Below are positions 41,318 through 51,514 of a DNA stretch of 64,000 nt, piece by piece. Position 1 is the first letter of the stretch, and each line of letters begins with the position of its first letter. The notes beneath the pieces are model-generated. The model had not been told where the DNA came from, did no database searches, and was given only the letters and a program-made list of their open reading frames with translations. Source of the stretch: Candidatus Omnitrophota bacterium (GTDB lineage Bacteria > Omnitrophota > Gorgyraeia > Gygaellales > Profunditerraquicolaceae); assembly GCA_028717885.1 (NCBI GenBank), contig JAQUMX010000005.1:4838-68837 (forward strand). Reading direction: 5' to 3'. Both the position numbers and the translations under genes were made by a program.

Positions 41318-42652
41318 GTGAAAAAACTTTTCCTATCTGCGATTATTTTTTTCTACAGCATTTCTTGCGTATTCGCGCAGGATAAAGTTTCTCCTTCCGC
41401 GGTAGCGAATACTTTTCTGCAAAATTTCGAATCCTGGTGGAACGGCACATACTTTTTCGGCGACTGGGCAGGCAAGAGGCAAAAGCTTGCTGACCAGGGG
41501 GTCGATATCGTTAGTACTTATGTTGCTGACCTTTTGACCAATTCTGTCGGCGGTTTAAGAGAGCACCGTTTCCGCTATGATTCTTCCCTCGGTTTGGATG
41601 TCAATGTCAACTTAGAAAAAACTTCCAATTTAACCGGATTACAATTTCATATTTCCGGGCTCTATCGCCAGGGAAAAAACCTTGCCGGTGATATCGGAAA
41701 CAGGTTCCCGCCTTCAAGTATTTACGGTTCGGAACAAGTGCGTTTGTACAATATCTACCTGGAACAGGCGATGTTCAATGGAAAGGCAAGCCTAAAAGCA
41801 GGTAGGTTAGGTACCGGAGACGACTTTGCGCAATCGCCGCTTTACTGGACTTTTCTTACTAATTCTATTGATGGCTGCCCGATTAATTTACCGATTAATT
41901 TCTTTTTTACGGTTTATCCTACTGCCACCTGGGGAGCGCGTTTAAAAGTTAATCCGGTGAGCGCTTGGGCCTGGAAAGGCGGCATTTACCATGAGGATAG
42001 CAGGATCGGCCGCAATGAAGCGCACGGAGCGGATTTTACCTGGAGAAAGAATAAGGGGTTGTTATTTATTCAGGAATTTAGTTTCCTGCCTAATCAATAC
42101 CAGGATGCAAAAGGCCTGCCCGGTAATTATAAGCTCGGGCTTTTTTATACTACCGGCCGTTTCAATGATTTATACCAGGATGAAAACGGGAATTCCTATG
42201 CTTTAACCAGCCAGCCGCAAAAAAGGCGCTACGGCAATTATGGTTTTTATTTTCATGCTGACCAGATGCTTTACCGCGAACCGAATACGATAGATCAGGG
42301 GTTCCTGCCGTTTTTCGTCGTAGTAGCACAGCCTGCGAACGTAAATGAAATCCCGTTCTTCCTTGATTTGGGGCTGACCTATAAAGGGCTGATCCCCGGC
42401 CGCGATAATGATGTAGCGGGAGTAGCTTTTGCTTATGGCAAATGGAGCAGGCAACTAAATAAATACCAGAATGATTCCGGACAGCTGCCGCAAAAATATG
42501 AAATGGTGATTGAAACTACCTACAAGATCGCCGTCAATCAATGGCTGTATTTCCAGCCAGACATCCAATATATTATTAATCCTAAGGGCGGCAATAATAA
42601 TGACGCCGATGATGCCCTGGTTACCGGTGCCAGGGTAGGTATTACATTCTAA
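41318..42652 (+). CDS. carbohydrate-selective porin, OprB family
   Basis: WWNGTYFFGDWAGKRQKLADQGVDIVSTYVADLLTNSVGG is the OprB N-terminal signature. Beta-barrel-like, ending ...GITF. Confidence 0.8.
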   Translation: MKKLFLSAIIFFYSISCVFAQDKVSPSAVANTFLQNFESWWNGTYFFGDWAGKRQKLADQGVDIVSTYVADLLTNSVGGLREHRFRYDSSLGLDVNVNLEKTSNLTGLQFHISGLYRQGKNLAGDIGNRFPPSSIYGSEQVRLYNIYLEQAMFNGKASLKAGRLGTGDDFAQSPLYWTFLTNSIDGCPINLPINFFFTVYPTATWGARLKVNPVSAWAWKGGIYHEDSRIGRNEAHGADFTWRKNKGLLFIQEFSFLPNQYQDAKGLPGNYKLGLFYTTGRFNDLYQDENGNSYALTSQPQKRRYGNYGFYFHADQMLYREPNTIDQGFLPFFVVVAQPANVNEIPFFLDLGLTYKGLIPGRDNDVAGVAFAYGKWSRQLNKYQNDSGQLPQKYEMVIETTYKIAVNQWLYFQPDIQYIINPKGGNNNDADDALVTGARVGITF

Positions 42653-42708
42653 CTACAAGCATCCGGCCTTATCGGAATAGGCTGGTGTGTATTTCTATAT
42701 AAGGAGGA

Positions 42709-44064
42709 ATGATGCTGATTATTTATGTCATTGCTTTCGTGGCTGCTTTGGCAGGGCTATTGTTTGGTTATGATACGGGTGTAATTTCCGGGGCGATACT
42801 TTTTATTAAAGATCAGTTTAATCTTACCTCTGTTTTAGTCGAGAGGGTGGTGAGCTCGGTTTTGTTAGGCGCTGTAATCGGCGCGGCATTCAGCGGCTCA
42901 ATGGCGGATAAACTGGGCAGGCGGCGCAGCATCGTGATTACTGCTTTACTCTTTTCTTTGGGTGCCGTCGGCTGCGCATTTTCACCCACTATACCTATAT
43001 TAGTATGCTTCCGTTTTTTGATCGGGCTGGCTATCGGTGTAGCTTCTTATGTCGCCCCGCTTTATATTTCGGAAATTTCTCCTCCTGATGTGAGGGGTGC
43101 CTTGGTTTCTTTGAACCAGTTGATGATTACCTGCGGTATCGTGGTTTCCTACTTGGTAGCTTACGCACTTACTTTAGGCCAGAATGAGTGGCGATGGATG
43201 TTTGGTTTGGGGGCGGCACCCGCGATAATATTGCTGATTGGGATGATTTTTCTTCCCGAGTCTCCGCGCTGGCTGATTTCGCGCGGGCTGATTGATCGCG
43301 CCCGGGCGGTGCTGGCAAAAACTAATAAAGGAAAAAACCCGGATGTAGAAATAGAAAATATTTCTAAGACCCTGACAGAAAAAGGGTGTTGCTGGAGAGA
43401 AGTATTCCAGCCTTGGGTCAGGCCTGCGCTTCTTGTAGGTATTGCCTTGGCATTTTTTCAACAGGCGACCGGCATCAATACGATTATTTATTACGCTCCT
43501 ACGATCTTTGAATTTGCCGGGTTTGGCTCGCACCGGGTAGCGATACTGGCAACTATCGGCGTAGGAACAGTCAATGTTTTAATGACTATTGTGGCGATCT
43601 GGCTTTTGGATAAAATAGGCCGTAAGCCTTTATTGTATATCGGTATGGCAGGGATGACGATCAGCTTGGCGATTTTAGGTATTGCGTTTTATTTGCCCAG
43701 CCTTTCCGGAATTTTAAAATGGATTGCCGTAGGAAGCGTATTATTTTATATTGCTTCATTCGCAATTAGCTTAGGCCCGATTTTCTGGTTAATGATTGCG
43801 GAGATCTATCCTTTAAAGATCCGCGGCCGGGCAATGAGCTTAGCTACTTTGGCGAATTGGGGTTTTAATATGATAGTGGCTGCGTCATTCCTTACGCTTA
43901 CGGATAAGCTCGGCAAAGCCGGGACATTCTGGCTCTTTGCCGTAATTTGTGTCGTAGGCATAATTTATTCCTATTTCTTTGTTCCGGAAACCAAAGGTCT
44001 TACCTTAGAGCAGATAGAAGAGCATTTGCATAGCGGCAAAGGACTGTATAAATTGGGCGCGTAA
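42709..44064 (+). CDS. sugar-porter-family MFS transporter
   Basis: FGYDTGVISGA, GRRR, PESPRWL, PETKG motifs. Confidence 0.9.
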   Translation: MMLIIYVIAFVAALAGLLFGYDTGVISGAILFIKDQFNLTSVLVERVVSSVLLGAVIGAAFSGSMADKLGRRRSIVITALLFSLGAVGCAFSPTIPILVCFRFLIGLAIGVASYVAPLYISEISPPDVRGALVSLNQLMITCGIVVSYLVAYALTLGQNEWRWMFGLGAAPAIILLIGMIFLPESPRWLISRGLIDRARAVLAKTNKGKNPDVEIENISKTLTEKGCCWREVFQPWVRPALLVGIALAFFQQATGINTIIYYAPTIFEFAGFGSHRVAILATIGVGTVNVLMTIVAIWLLDKIGRKPLLYIGMAGMTISLAILGIAFYLPSLSGILKWIAVGSVLFYIASFAISLGPIFWLMIAEIYPLKIRGRAMSLATLANWGFNMIVAASFLTLTDKLGKAGTFWLFAVICVVGIIYSYFFVPETKGLTLEQIEEHLHSGKGLYKLGA

Positions 44065-44077
44065 AAGATCCTGAGAA

Positions 44078-44866
44078 ATGAATTCTCTCGTATTATATTA
44101 TTTTTCTGCAACCGGAAATTCCCTGGTAGTTGCCAAAGACCTGGCAAGCGCACTTGGCGCTGCCCAACTTATTCCAATCGCCAAAGCTATTCACGACAAT
44201 AACGACCAATCGTATGAAGCCGTAGGTATCGTTTATCCGGTTTACATGTTTGGATTGCCGCTCATCGTTGCGCAATTCCTGAAAAAAATCAGGCTTAACC
44301 CGCAAGCCTATATTTTTAGCGTTGCTACTTTAGGCGGTGCTCCGGGATTAGCGCATACTCAGGCGCGCAATATTCTTACCGGGCGCGGCCTGGAATTGGC
44401 TGCCGGATTTTCTTTGCTTATGCCGGGGAATTATACCCCTCTTTATGGGGCAATTGCTCAGGAAAAGCAGGACGAAATGTTTCGTAAAGAAAAAGAGCGC
44501 ATAGGAATTATCGCAGAAAATATTCGCGATAAAAAACGCGGCATTATGGAAGAAAAGCCGTTCCTGCTCAATTTTTTATTGCATAAACTGCTGTATAAAG
44601 GCGGGATATCGCAGGTGCCGCTTTCCGGAAGAAATTTTTGGGCAACCGACGCCTGTATTAAGTGCGGCCTTTGCGCTAAGGTTTGCCCGGTCGAGAATAT
44701 AGTATTAGCCGATGGCCGGCCAAAATGGCTTACGCATTGCCAGCATTGCATGGCCTGCCTACAATGGTGCCCGGTAGAAGCCATTCAATACAAAAAATCT
44801 ACTATCGGTAGGAAACGTTACCATCATCCCGCAGTCGCTGCGCAGGATATTATTGCACAGAAATAA
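44078..44866 (+). CDS. EFR1-family ferredoxin (flavodoxin-like N-domain plus 2x[4Fe-4S] motif)
   Basis: YYFSATGNSLVVAKDLA at the N-terminus. CIKCGLCAKVCP and CQHCMACLQWCP at the C-terminus. Confidence 0.75.
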   Translation: MNSLVLYYFSATGNSLVVAKDLASALGAAQLIPIAKAIHDNNDQSYEAVGIVYPVYMFGLPLIVAQFLKKIRLNPQAYIFSVATLGGAPGLAHTQARNILTGRGLELAAGFSLLMPGNYTPLYGAIAQEKQDEMFRKEKERIGIIAENIRDKKRGIMEEKPFLLNFLLHKLLYKGGISQVPLSGRNFWATDACIKCGLCAKVCPVENIVLADGRPKWLTHCQHCMACLQWCPVEAIQYKKSTIGRKRYHHPAVAAQDIIAQK

Positions 44867-45012
44867 TCTAATCCGGTTATCTGCTCATAATCTAAACAAG
44901 GAGGAGAAGTGGTAAAAAAAATTGTGGTTTAATCTGCCTGGGGCAGGGCTGTTGAAGGAAAAAATGAAACACGGAAAATCATGAAGGTAATCATGGAGGC
45001 TTTTAATAAATA

Positions 45013-46188
45013 ATGTTAAAACAAGTTTTCTTATTGACGGCGGCTATTCTTATTTCCGGATGCTCCAGTGTGCGCCATGCCGTACCGGAGAATCTTTTGA
45101 ATGATACCCGGGTTTCCGGAATGCAGGATATCCGGGCCTTTAGCGGCATACCCAGCGACGCGATAAAAAAAGATTTTATCAAATTGCTGGAGCAGGAGGG
45201 GAAAGAAGCCCCTTTTTTTAATTTTCAGAACCCTCAAACCTATCACATGCTGGCAATTTCCGGGGGAGCCGGCAATGGAGCGTATGGAGCAGGGCTATTA
45301 AGCGGATGGTCCCAGGCAGGCACGCGGCCGGTTTTTAAGATCGTTACCGGAATAAGTACTGGAGCTATTATCGCTCCTTTTGTATTCTTAGGCAGTAAAT
45401 ACGATGATAGGCTAAAGGAGTTCTACACCAAATATTCCACCAAGGATGTTGCGCAGATAAGGATCCCGTTTGTCAATTCTTTTGCCAGCACGCGCCCATT
45501 GGAGTCGTTAATCGGCCATTATTTCGACGCAGCATTGTTAAAAGAGATCGCTGCCGAATATAATAAAGGCCGCAGGCTCTACGTAGGCACTACTAATCTG
45601 GATGCCGAGCGCCTGGTAATCTGGGATATGGGGAAAATTGCCGCTATAGGAGATGAGCAGTCCTTAAAGCTCTTTAGGAAAATTATCCTGGCATCATCTT
45701 CGATACCGATCGTTTTCCCGCCGGTTTATTTAAACGTAGAAGCCGATAATAAAATGTATGATGAAATGCATGTGGACGGAGGAGTGAGTAAGCAGGTATT
45801 TTTTCTTTACGATGTATTACAGGGGTTTAATGTAGCCTTGAAGGAAAAAGGCATCGATAGTTCCCGCAATCATTATATAATCTACGTGATCCGTAATGGC
45901 TATGTCGAGCCTTTTTACAAAGAAGTTTCGGATAATCTTTCCGCGATTACCGCCCGCACGGTAGAAGCTTTAACTAATGCGCAATCTGTCGGGGACCTTT
46001 ATCAATTGTACTATTTTGCGAAAAGCAGTAACGGCGATTTTAACCTTGCCTATATACCTGCGGATTATTTTTTAGAGTTTAAAGAGCTGGTTGACCCGAT
46101 AGCAATGCGTAGGCTCTTTGATTTAGGGTTTCAGGAAGCAAAACAAGGCTACAACTGGAAAAAGGCCCCGCCGGGGTTAAAAAGATAG
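45013..46188 (+). CDS. patatin-like phospholipase lipoprotein
   Basis: Lipobox LISGC. SGGAGNGAYGAG (oxyanion hole), GISTGA (GxSxG), HVDGG (catalytic Asp). Confidence 0.85.
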   Translation: MLKQVFLLTAAILISGCSSVRHAVPENLLNDTRVSGMQDIRAFSGIPSDAIKKDFIKLLEQEGKEAPFFNFQNPQTYHMLAISGGAGNGAYGAGLLSGWSQAGTRPVFKIVTGISTGAIIAPFVFLGSKYDDRLKEFYTKYSTKDVAQIRIPFVNSFASTRPLESLIGHYFDAALLKEIAAEYNKGRRLYVGTTNLDAERLVIWDMGKIAAIGDEQSLKLFRKIILASSSIPIVFPPVYLNVEADNKMYDEMHVDGGVSKQVFFLYDVLQGFNVALKEKGIDSSRNHYIIYVIRNGYVEPFYKEVSDNLSAITARTVEALTNAQSVGDLYQLYYFAKSSNGDFNLAYIPADYFLEFKELVDPIAMRRLFDLGFQEAKQGYNWKKAPPGLKR

Positions 46189-46196
46189 GAGAAAGC

Positions 46197-46628
46197 ATGA
46201 AAAAGATAAGCTGGATAATAGTTTTAAGTTGCGCGGTTTTTTGTTTAGGCCCATATTTTGCTGATGCGCAGCAGCTGCCTGAACAGCCTAAGAATATGCC
46301 CGAGCCTGAAAGGCCAAAGGCGGTTTTGATGAAGATCAAAAAGGTGGATGTGAATAAAGACGGTGTAGCGGATGTAACTTATTATTATGATAATGAAGGC
46401 GTAAAACAAGCAGAGGCAGATACGAATTTCGACGGGAAGAAAGATGTTACGATTTATACGGTAAACGGAAAATTCGGTTCTGCAGAAGTAGATAGCAACC
46501 ACGACGGCAAGGTTGATAAAAAATTTGATAATGAAAAAGAGTTTAAGGCCTGGTTAAATAAAAATAATCGGCAATTTAACGATTCCTTAGGTTGGTCTGA
46601 TTGGTCATATAAGGCGTTAAAATTTTAG
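46197..46628 (+). CDS. secreted protein with DxNxDGxxD calcium-binding-like repeats
   Basis: Signal peptide. DVNKDGVADV, DTNFDGKKDV and DSNHDGKVDK at roughly 25-aa spacing. Confidence 0.5.
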   Translation: MKKISWIIVLSCAVFCLGPYFADAQQLPEQPKNMPEPERPKAVLMKIKKVDVNKDGVADVTYYYDNEGVKQAEADTNFDGKKDVTIYTVNGKFGSAEVDSNHDGKVDKKFDNEKEFKAWLNKNNRQFNDSLGWSDWSYKALKF

Positions 46629-46629
46629 C

Positions 46630-47562
46630 ATGGAAATTTTATTAAAGGGATTAGAAAAATTTTCCCGGTTATTGGTAATATGGGTAGTTTTGGCTGCAGG
46701 AATAGGCTTTGTTTATCCGCAGGCATTGGTACCTTTATCGCCTTTTATTGATTGGCTCTTTGCAATTACGATGTTCGGAATCGGGTGTTTGCTTTCTTTA
46801 AAAGATTTCGCTCCTATCCTGGAAAAGCCAAAGCTGGTATTGCTGGGTACTGCAGCGCAGTTTGTGATTATGCCGCTTTTGGCTTTTTGTATCGTGAAAT
46901 TTTTTGGGCTGGTTCCGGCATTGGCTGTTGGTTTGATTTTAGCAGCAGCAGTCCCTGATGCCATGGCTGCGGGAGTAATGTCATACTTAGCCGAAGCTGA
47001 CGTAGCTTTTTCGGTAGCTTTAACTACTGCCACAACACTGGTTTCCCCTTTAATCACGCCTGCCTTAACACTTCTTTTAGGCCGGGAATATATCCCGATC
47101 CAATTTTTACCGATGATGAAAAGTATCATGGTTATGGTTATCTTGCCGCTGATACTGGGTTTATGGGTGCAGCACAGGTTTCATAAAATTACCGCCCGGA
47201 TAAAACCGGTATTTCCCGCGCTCTCAACGCTTTTTATTGCTTTTATCTGCGGGTTAGTTGTAGCTTTAAACAAACAGGCATTAGGAAAAATTACTCCGGT
47301 AATTTTTGCTGCTGTAATTATCTTGAATGTTCTTGGCCTGCTATTTGGTTATTTGGCAGGAAAAGGCATGCGGTTTAATTTAGCGCAGCGCCGTACGCTG
47401 GCGATTAATGTGGGAATGCAAAATGCCGGGATGGGGGCGGTATTGGCAATCAAACACATATCGGCGGAAGCCGCGATCCCTAACGCGCTTTTTGCCACCT
47501 GGTGCATTGTGAGCGCTGCGGTATTAGCAGCGATTTGGTCGAAAACAAAGGAGAAGGGATGA
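46630..47562 (+). CDS. bile acid:sodium symporter (BASS) family transporter
   Basis: 310 aa, about 9-10 TM segments, with typical BASS core segments (GLILAAAVP, NVGMQNAGMGAVLA). Confidence 0.8.
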   Translation: MEILLKGLEKFSRLLVIWVVLAAGIGFVYPQALVPLSPFIDWLFAITMFGIGCLLSLKDFAPILEKPKLVLLGTAAQFVIMPLLAFCIVKFFGLVPALAVGLILAAAVPDAMAAGVMSYLAEADVAFSVALTTATTLVSPLITPALTLLLGREYIPIQFLPMMKSIMVMVILPLILGLWVQHRFHKITARIKPVFPALSTLFIAFICGLVVALNKQALGKITPVIFAAVIILNVLGLLFGYLAGKGMRFNLAQRRTLAINVGMQNAGMGAVLAIKHISAEAAIPNALFATWCIVSAAVLAAIWSKTKEKG

Positions 47563-49103
47563 GAAGTCTAAGGGTTGTTTTTATTTTAATTTTTTTACTG
47601 AGTTTTGGGCAAGTAAATGCGCAAGATAATAAAAATGTTCCTACTCCGGAACGCTGGAAGCAAATTACCGACGACCTTGAACAATACCTGCAAAAAGGGA
47701 TGAAAGAATGGGAAATTCCCGGTATGGCCATAGGAATAGTCCAGGGCGACCAGGTAGTTTATACGAAAGGTTTTGGCGTAAAAGAGGCAGGCGCTGTTTC
47801 GGCAGTTTCTTCGGAGACGATTTTTCAGATTGGCTCTACTTCCAAGGCTTTTACCGCCGCAATTGCGGCAATGCTGCAGGATGAGGGTAAGTTCAATTGG
47901 GAAGACCCGGTAATAAAATATCTTTCTGATTTCGTGATGTATGACCCGTGGGTAACCCGGGAGATTGAGGTTTGGGAACTTATGGCGCAGCACAGCGGCC
48001 TACCAGGTTATTCTGCGGATCTTTTATCGATCTGCGGATTTGACCGCAATCAAATTATCAAGGCTATCCGTTACATTAAGCCAATATCGAGTTTCCGCAC
48101 CAAATACGCCTATCAGAACAATATGTTCCTGGCAATGGCAGCGCTTGAGGAAAAATTAAGCGGCAAGAGCTGGGAAGATAATATTAAGGAGCGTATTTTT
48201 AAGCCGCTTGGCATGTCAGATTCGACTCTTGACCTGGCATCTTTTCGCCAGGCTAAAGATGTTTCTTTTATCCATATGAAAGCAAAAGACAAGATCGTAG
48301 CTGTGCCCATGGATTGGAAATATATGAACTGGGTTTATACCTATGCCCCGGCAGGCGGGATTAACTCCAATATCAAGGATATGGTAAAATGGCTTAAATT
48401 TCAAATTAACGCAGGTGCCATCAACGGAAAACAATTAATCAGCAAAAAGAATATGGAATTTTTGCATAGCCCGAAGACGATCATTGACGAGAAAATCAGC
48501 GGCCATTCGGCTTATTATGCCCAAGCCTGGCTTTATATGGAAAATGAGCCGTACCCGGTAATTTGGCATAACGGAGGTACCAGCGGCAGTAAAACCATGA
48601 TCGCTTTTGTGCCGCAGGAAAAAATAGGCATCGTAATCCTTTCCAATCTCATCACCGGTTTTCCGGAAGATGTAGCTTTCAGGTTCTTTAATAATTATTT
48701 TGGAAAGCCACTTAAAGATAATATTACTGAAATGAAGGAAAAGGAGAAGAAGGAGAGGGACGAAGAATTAGCCAAAATCCCCAAGGCCCCGCAGCAAATG
48801 TGCCCGTCGCTGCCGTTAGAGCAATATAGCGGCGAGTATCAAAATAATGTTTATGGAAAAATTTCCGTTTCGCAAAATAACGGGAACCTGTCGATTTTTA
48901 TCGGCCCGCTCAAAGCGGAATTAAAATTAACGCACTGGGACAAAAACGATTTTACAGCTACCTGGCCGGATTTTGATTTAAGCGAAACCCCCACTTTTGT
49001 CAGGTTCGATGTGGACCCGGATAATACTGTTTCTGGCGTTATTATAGGGGCAATTAACGAAGATGGCTGCGGTAGCTTCGAAAAAGTCCAGGAAAAGAAA
49101 TAA
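47559..49103 (+). CDS. beta-lactamase-fold serine hydrolase with C-terminal DUF3471-like domain
   Basis: ATG at 47559 (ATGA overlap with the BASS stop) opens signal peptide MRSLRVVFILIFLLSFGQVNA. SxxK as GSTSKAF and YxN as YQN. The track start at 47502 is an in-gene extension. Confidence 0.85.
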   Translation: MRSLRVVFILIFLLSFGQVNAQDNKNVPTPERWKQITDDLEQYLQKGMKEWEIPGMAIGIVQGDQVVYTKGFGVKEAGAVSAVSSETIFQIGSTSKAFTAAIAAMLQDEGKFNWEDPVIKYLSDFVMYDPWVTREIEVWELMAQHSGLPGYSADLLSICGFDRNQIIKAIRYIKPISSFRTKYAYQNNMFLAMAALEEKLSGKSWEDNIKERIFKPLGMSDSTLDLASFRQAKDVSFIHMKAKDKIVAVPMDWKYMNWVYTYAPAGGINSNIKDMVKWLKFQINAGAINGKQLISKKNMEFLHSPKTIIDEKISGHSAYYAQAWLYMENEPYPVIWHNGGTSGSKTMIAFVPQEKIGIVILSNLITGFPEDVAFRFFNNYFGKPLKDNITEMKEKEKKERDEELAKIPKAPQQMCPSLPLEQYSGEYQNNVYGKISVSQNNGNLSIFIGPLKAELKLTHWDKNDFTATWPDFDLSETPTFVRFDVDPDNTVSGVIIGAINEDGCGSFEKVQEKK

Positions 49104-49105
49104 AA

Positions 49106-49966
49106 ATGAAAGTTTTGGTTTTAATAAAAAAGGCGCTTATCTTTTTATCTTTAATTTTTTTTATTTACGGTTGCGAGAAACCGGTATTTTATAGTTCTTG
49201 GGCAGGGGATAAGATCAGTATAGACGGCAGATACCAGGACTGGAATGATTTTTCTCCGGCTTATTACGATGAAAAGACAAAAACTTCTTTGTACCTGGCA
49301 AATGGCCATGATTTCCTGTATTTGTGTTTAATTACCAGGAACCGCGAAATTGAAGCGCAGGTTATGGGTAGAGGCATGGTGAGTTGGTTTGATGCCGAAG
49401 ACAAGCAAAGGCAGGTTTTCGGAGTAAGTTTTCCCGCGGGCGGTATGTTTTTAGGAGAAGAAAAAAGAGGAGAAGATGTAAATTGGCGGGACCAGCAGGA
49501 TACAGGCGGCTTAATAGACAGGGAAAAAGAAAGGCTCTTGGATAAGGATTTTAATCGGCGTTTGGAGACCGCTGAGGAGTTGGCGGATAGGTTTGAAATT
49601 ATCGAGCGCCCTGCGGATTATCAAGCAAAAGAAAAGCATCCGCGTAATCGCAGCCGTAAAGGCGAAAAAGGATTATTCCCCGAAGACCTCTTAAAGGATA
49701 AACCTCTGGAGCTGTCTTCGCAAGAAGCAAACGAGTTAGGATTTGCAGCAAAAGTCGGCAGAGAAAACGATTATTTTGTTTATGAACTGAAAGTCCCGCT
49801 TTCTAAAACGCCTCAATACCCGCATGCTATAGGCGTAAAACCAGGCAGGCCAATCGCTATCGGCTTAACAATAGAAGGCAGGGGCCCAAGCGCAAAACAG
49901 GGCATGTTCGAAACCAGCGATATTTTCCAATTCTGGATGACAGTTATACTCTCGCCCCAAGCTTAA
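49106..49966 (+). CDS. hypothetical lipoprotein
   Basis: Lipobox FIYGC. 286 aa with an acidic/basic low-complexity centre. No motif recognised. Confidence 0.5.
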   Translation: MKVLVLIKKALIFLSLIFFIYGCEKPVFYSSWAGDKISIDGRYQDWNDFSPAYYDEKTKTSLYLANGHDFLYLCLITRNREIEAQVMGRGMVSWFDAEDKQRQVFGVSFPAGGMFLGEEKRGEDVNWRDQQDTGGLIDREKERLLDKDFNRRLETAEELADRFEIIERPADYQAKEKHPRNRSRKGEKGLFPEDLLKDKPLELSSQEANELGFAAKVGRENDYFVYELKVPLSKTPQYPHAIGVKPGRPIAIGLTIEGRGPSAKQGMFETSDIFQFWMTVILSPQA

Positions 49967-50024
49967 AAACTCTTTCACCCCCATTTTTATAAAACTTATG
50001 ATCATAGAATTTAAATTATTTTAC

Positions 50025-50077
50025 TTGACAAAATGTATAATATATGATGTAATTACTTTACTTAAAGTAATTACATC
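50025..50077 (+). promoter_or_regulatory. promoter overlapped by a perfect 15-bp inverted repeat (probable operator of the MerR-like gene)
   Basis: TTGACA (50025-50030), 17-nt spacer, TGTAAT (50048-50053). GATGTAATTACTTTA (50046-50060) / TAAAGTAATTACATC (50063-50077). Confidence 0.55.
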
Positions 50078-50091
50078 AAGTAGAAGGAAAA

Positions 50092-50322
50092 ATGAGAAAA
50101 ATAATTTCTTCAGTCGAGGTCTGTGTTAAATTCGGCTTACCTTATTCGACGCTAACGCATTATACCAACTTAGGGCTGCTTAAAACGGTAGGCCGCCGGG
50201 GAAATAAGCGCCTATATGAAGAAGGAGAGGTTAGTGAGAGGCTGCTTAAGATTAAAACTCTGGCGAATAAGGGGTACCCATTATTGCTTATACGGGATAC
50301 GATTTCAGATACAAGCGTATAA
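50092..50322 (+). CDS. short MerR-family HTH protein
   Basis: FGLPYSTLTHYTNLGLLKTVGRRGNKRLYEEGEVSERLLKIKTLANKGYPL fits the MerR HTH-wing pattern (TLRYYxxxGLL...RxY). Confidence 0.7.
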   Translation: MRKIISSVEVCVKFGLPYSTLTHYTNLGLLKTVGRRGNKRLYEEGEVSERLLKIKTLANKGYPLLLIRDTISDTSV

Positions 50323-50440
50323 CATAAAGCCTATCTTAAAAGCATAGCTGTATTTCTCTAACGTTTTTTTGTCATTTGAGCGATAGCCGTAAGTTAAAAT
50401 CCTTTCTCTTTATCAAGCATCTAAATATAATAAAAAAGAT

Positions 50441-50469
50441 GGAACTTTTTTCGCATTTTGGTTGTCTAA
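50441..50469 (+). promoter_or_regulatory. ECF (sigmaE-type) promoter
   Basis: GGAACTT (50441-50447), 17-nt spacer, TCTAA (50465-50469). Lies 30 nt upstream of the anti-sigma gene ATG. Confidence 0.55.
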
Positions 50470-50498
50470 GTTGGTAGAAAGGCAAAAAGAGGGCGAAG

Positions 50499-50948
50499 AT
50501 GGATAAATGTAAAGAGATTAGAAGCGTGATCCTTACGGATTATATTGACGGGCAGCTGGAGGCCCCGGAAAAGGAACGCATTAATACACATTTAAGGCAG
50601 TGCGCTGTATGCCGGGGATTTCTGGAAGAGGCACAAAAAGGCCTGGTTACGCCCTTCCAAGGGCAAAACAGGCAAGCAGTGCCGCAAACTCTTTGGCCGG
50701 CGATCGTGGAAAAGATCTGCCAAGAGCAGGAGCATCCTGTGCGGGTTTTTATTCCCAGGTTAGCTCCGGTAGCGGTAAGCTTTCTTCTTGCGGTATTGAT
50801 TACTTCCGTGATTTTCTTTAACCAATATATGGCCGGCCTTAGGGAGGAAGAGCAATTAAACTATGTATCTTCGGCATTCGGAGTTTCGCAAGCGCAAACG
50901 GAAACAACAAGTGATTTTGGGACACTGATCGAGGAATATTTCCTCTAA
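50499..50948 (+). CDS. zf-HC2 anti-sigma factor (single-pass membrane)
   Basis: HLRQCAVC (Hx3Cx2C) at the N-terminus and one TM segment (LAPVAVSFLLAVLITSVIFF). Confidence 0.75.
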   Translation: MDKCKEIRSVILTDYIDGQLEAPEKERINTHLRQCAVCRGFLEEAQKGLVTPFQGQNRQAVPQTLWPAIVEKICQEQEHPVRVFIPRLAPVAVSFLLAVLITSVIFFNQYMAGLREEEQLNYVSSAFGVSQAQTETTSDFGTLIEEYFL

Positions 50949-50968
50949 AGAAAAAGGAGGGGGTAGAG

Positions 50969-51499
50969 ATGAATAAGCTGATACTTAAAAACAAGTTACT
51001 GGTAATCTTGTTGTTGCTTCCTGCGTTTACAGTTTTGTATTCGCAAGACGCATTTGCCTGGGGCGGGCACGGCGGCCGTGGGCATTATTCTTATCAAGGC
51101 GGCCGTTGGCATGACACAAACTGGTTTTGGGGGCTTTTCGGAGCAGGGCTGGCAATTGGCGCCATAGTTTCGACTCTCCCGCCGCGTTATGAAACAGTAT
51201 ATGTGCGGGGGGTGCCTTATTATTATGACGACGGGGTTTACTTCAGGCAGCATTCGGGAGGTTATATTGTAGTTCCGGCTCCGGCAACCACTGCTACTGT
51301 AGTGACTGTGCCTAATACTGTTGCAATTGTTCCTACGGTTGTGCCGGGGGCCGCAGTAGTAATCAATGTCCCCAATTCTCGCGGAGGATATACGCAGGTT
51401 ACTCTTACCAGGCAAGGCAATGGTTATGTCGGGCCACAAGGCGAATATTATGAAGGCAACCCTACTGTTGATCAGTTAAGGGCCCTATATGGGAAATAA
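50969..51499 (+). CDS. secreted His/Gly-rich protein with YYYDDGVYF motif, unknown function
   Basis: Signal peptide, then WGGHGGRGHYSYQGGRWHD, one hydrophobic segment, and VPYYYDDGVYFRQHSGGYIVVPAP. Confidence 0.5.
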   Translation: MNKLILKNKLLVILLLLPAFTVLYSQDAFAWGGHGGRGHYSYQGGRWHDTNWFWGLFGAGLAIGAIVSTLPPRYETVYVRGVPYYYDDGVYFRQHSGGYIVVPAPATTATVVTVPNTVAIVPTVVPGAAVVINVPNSRGGYTQVTLTRQGNGYVGPQGEYYEGNPTVDQLRALYGK

Positions 51500-51514
51500 C
51501 GAAAGGAGGAAATT

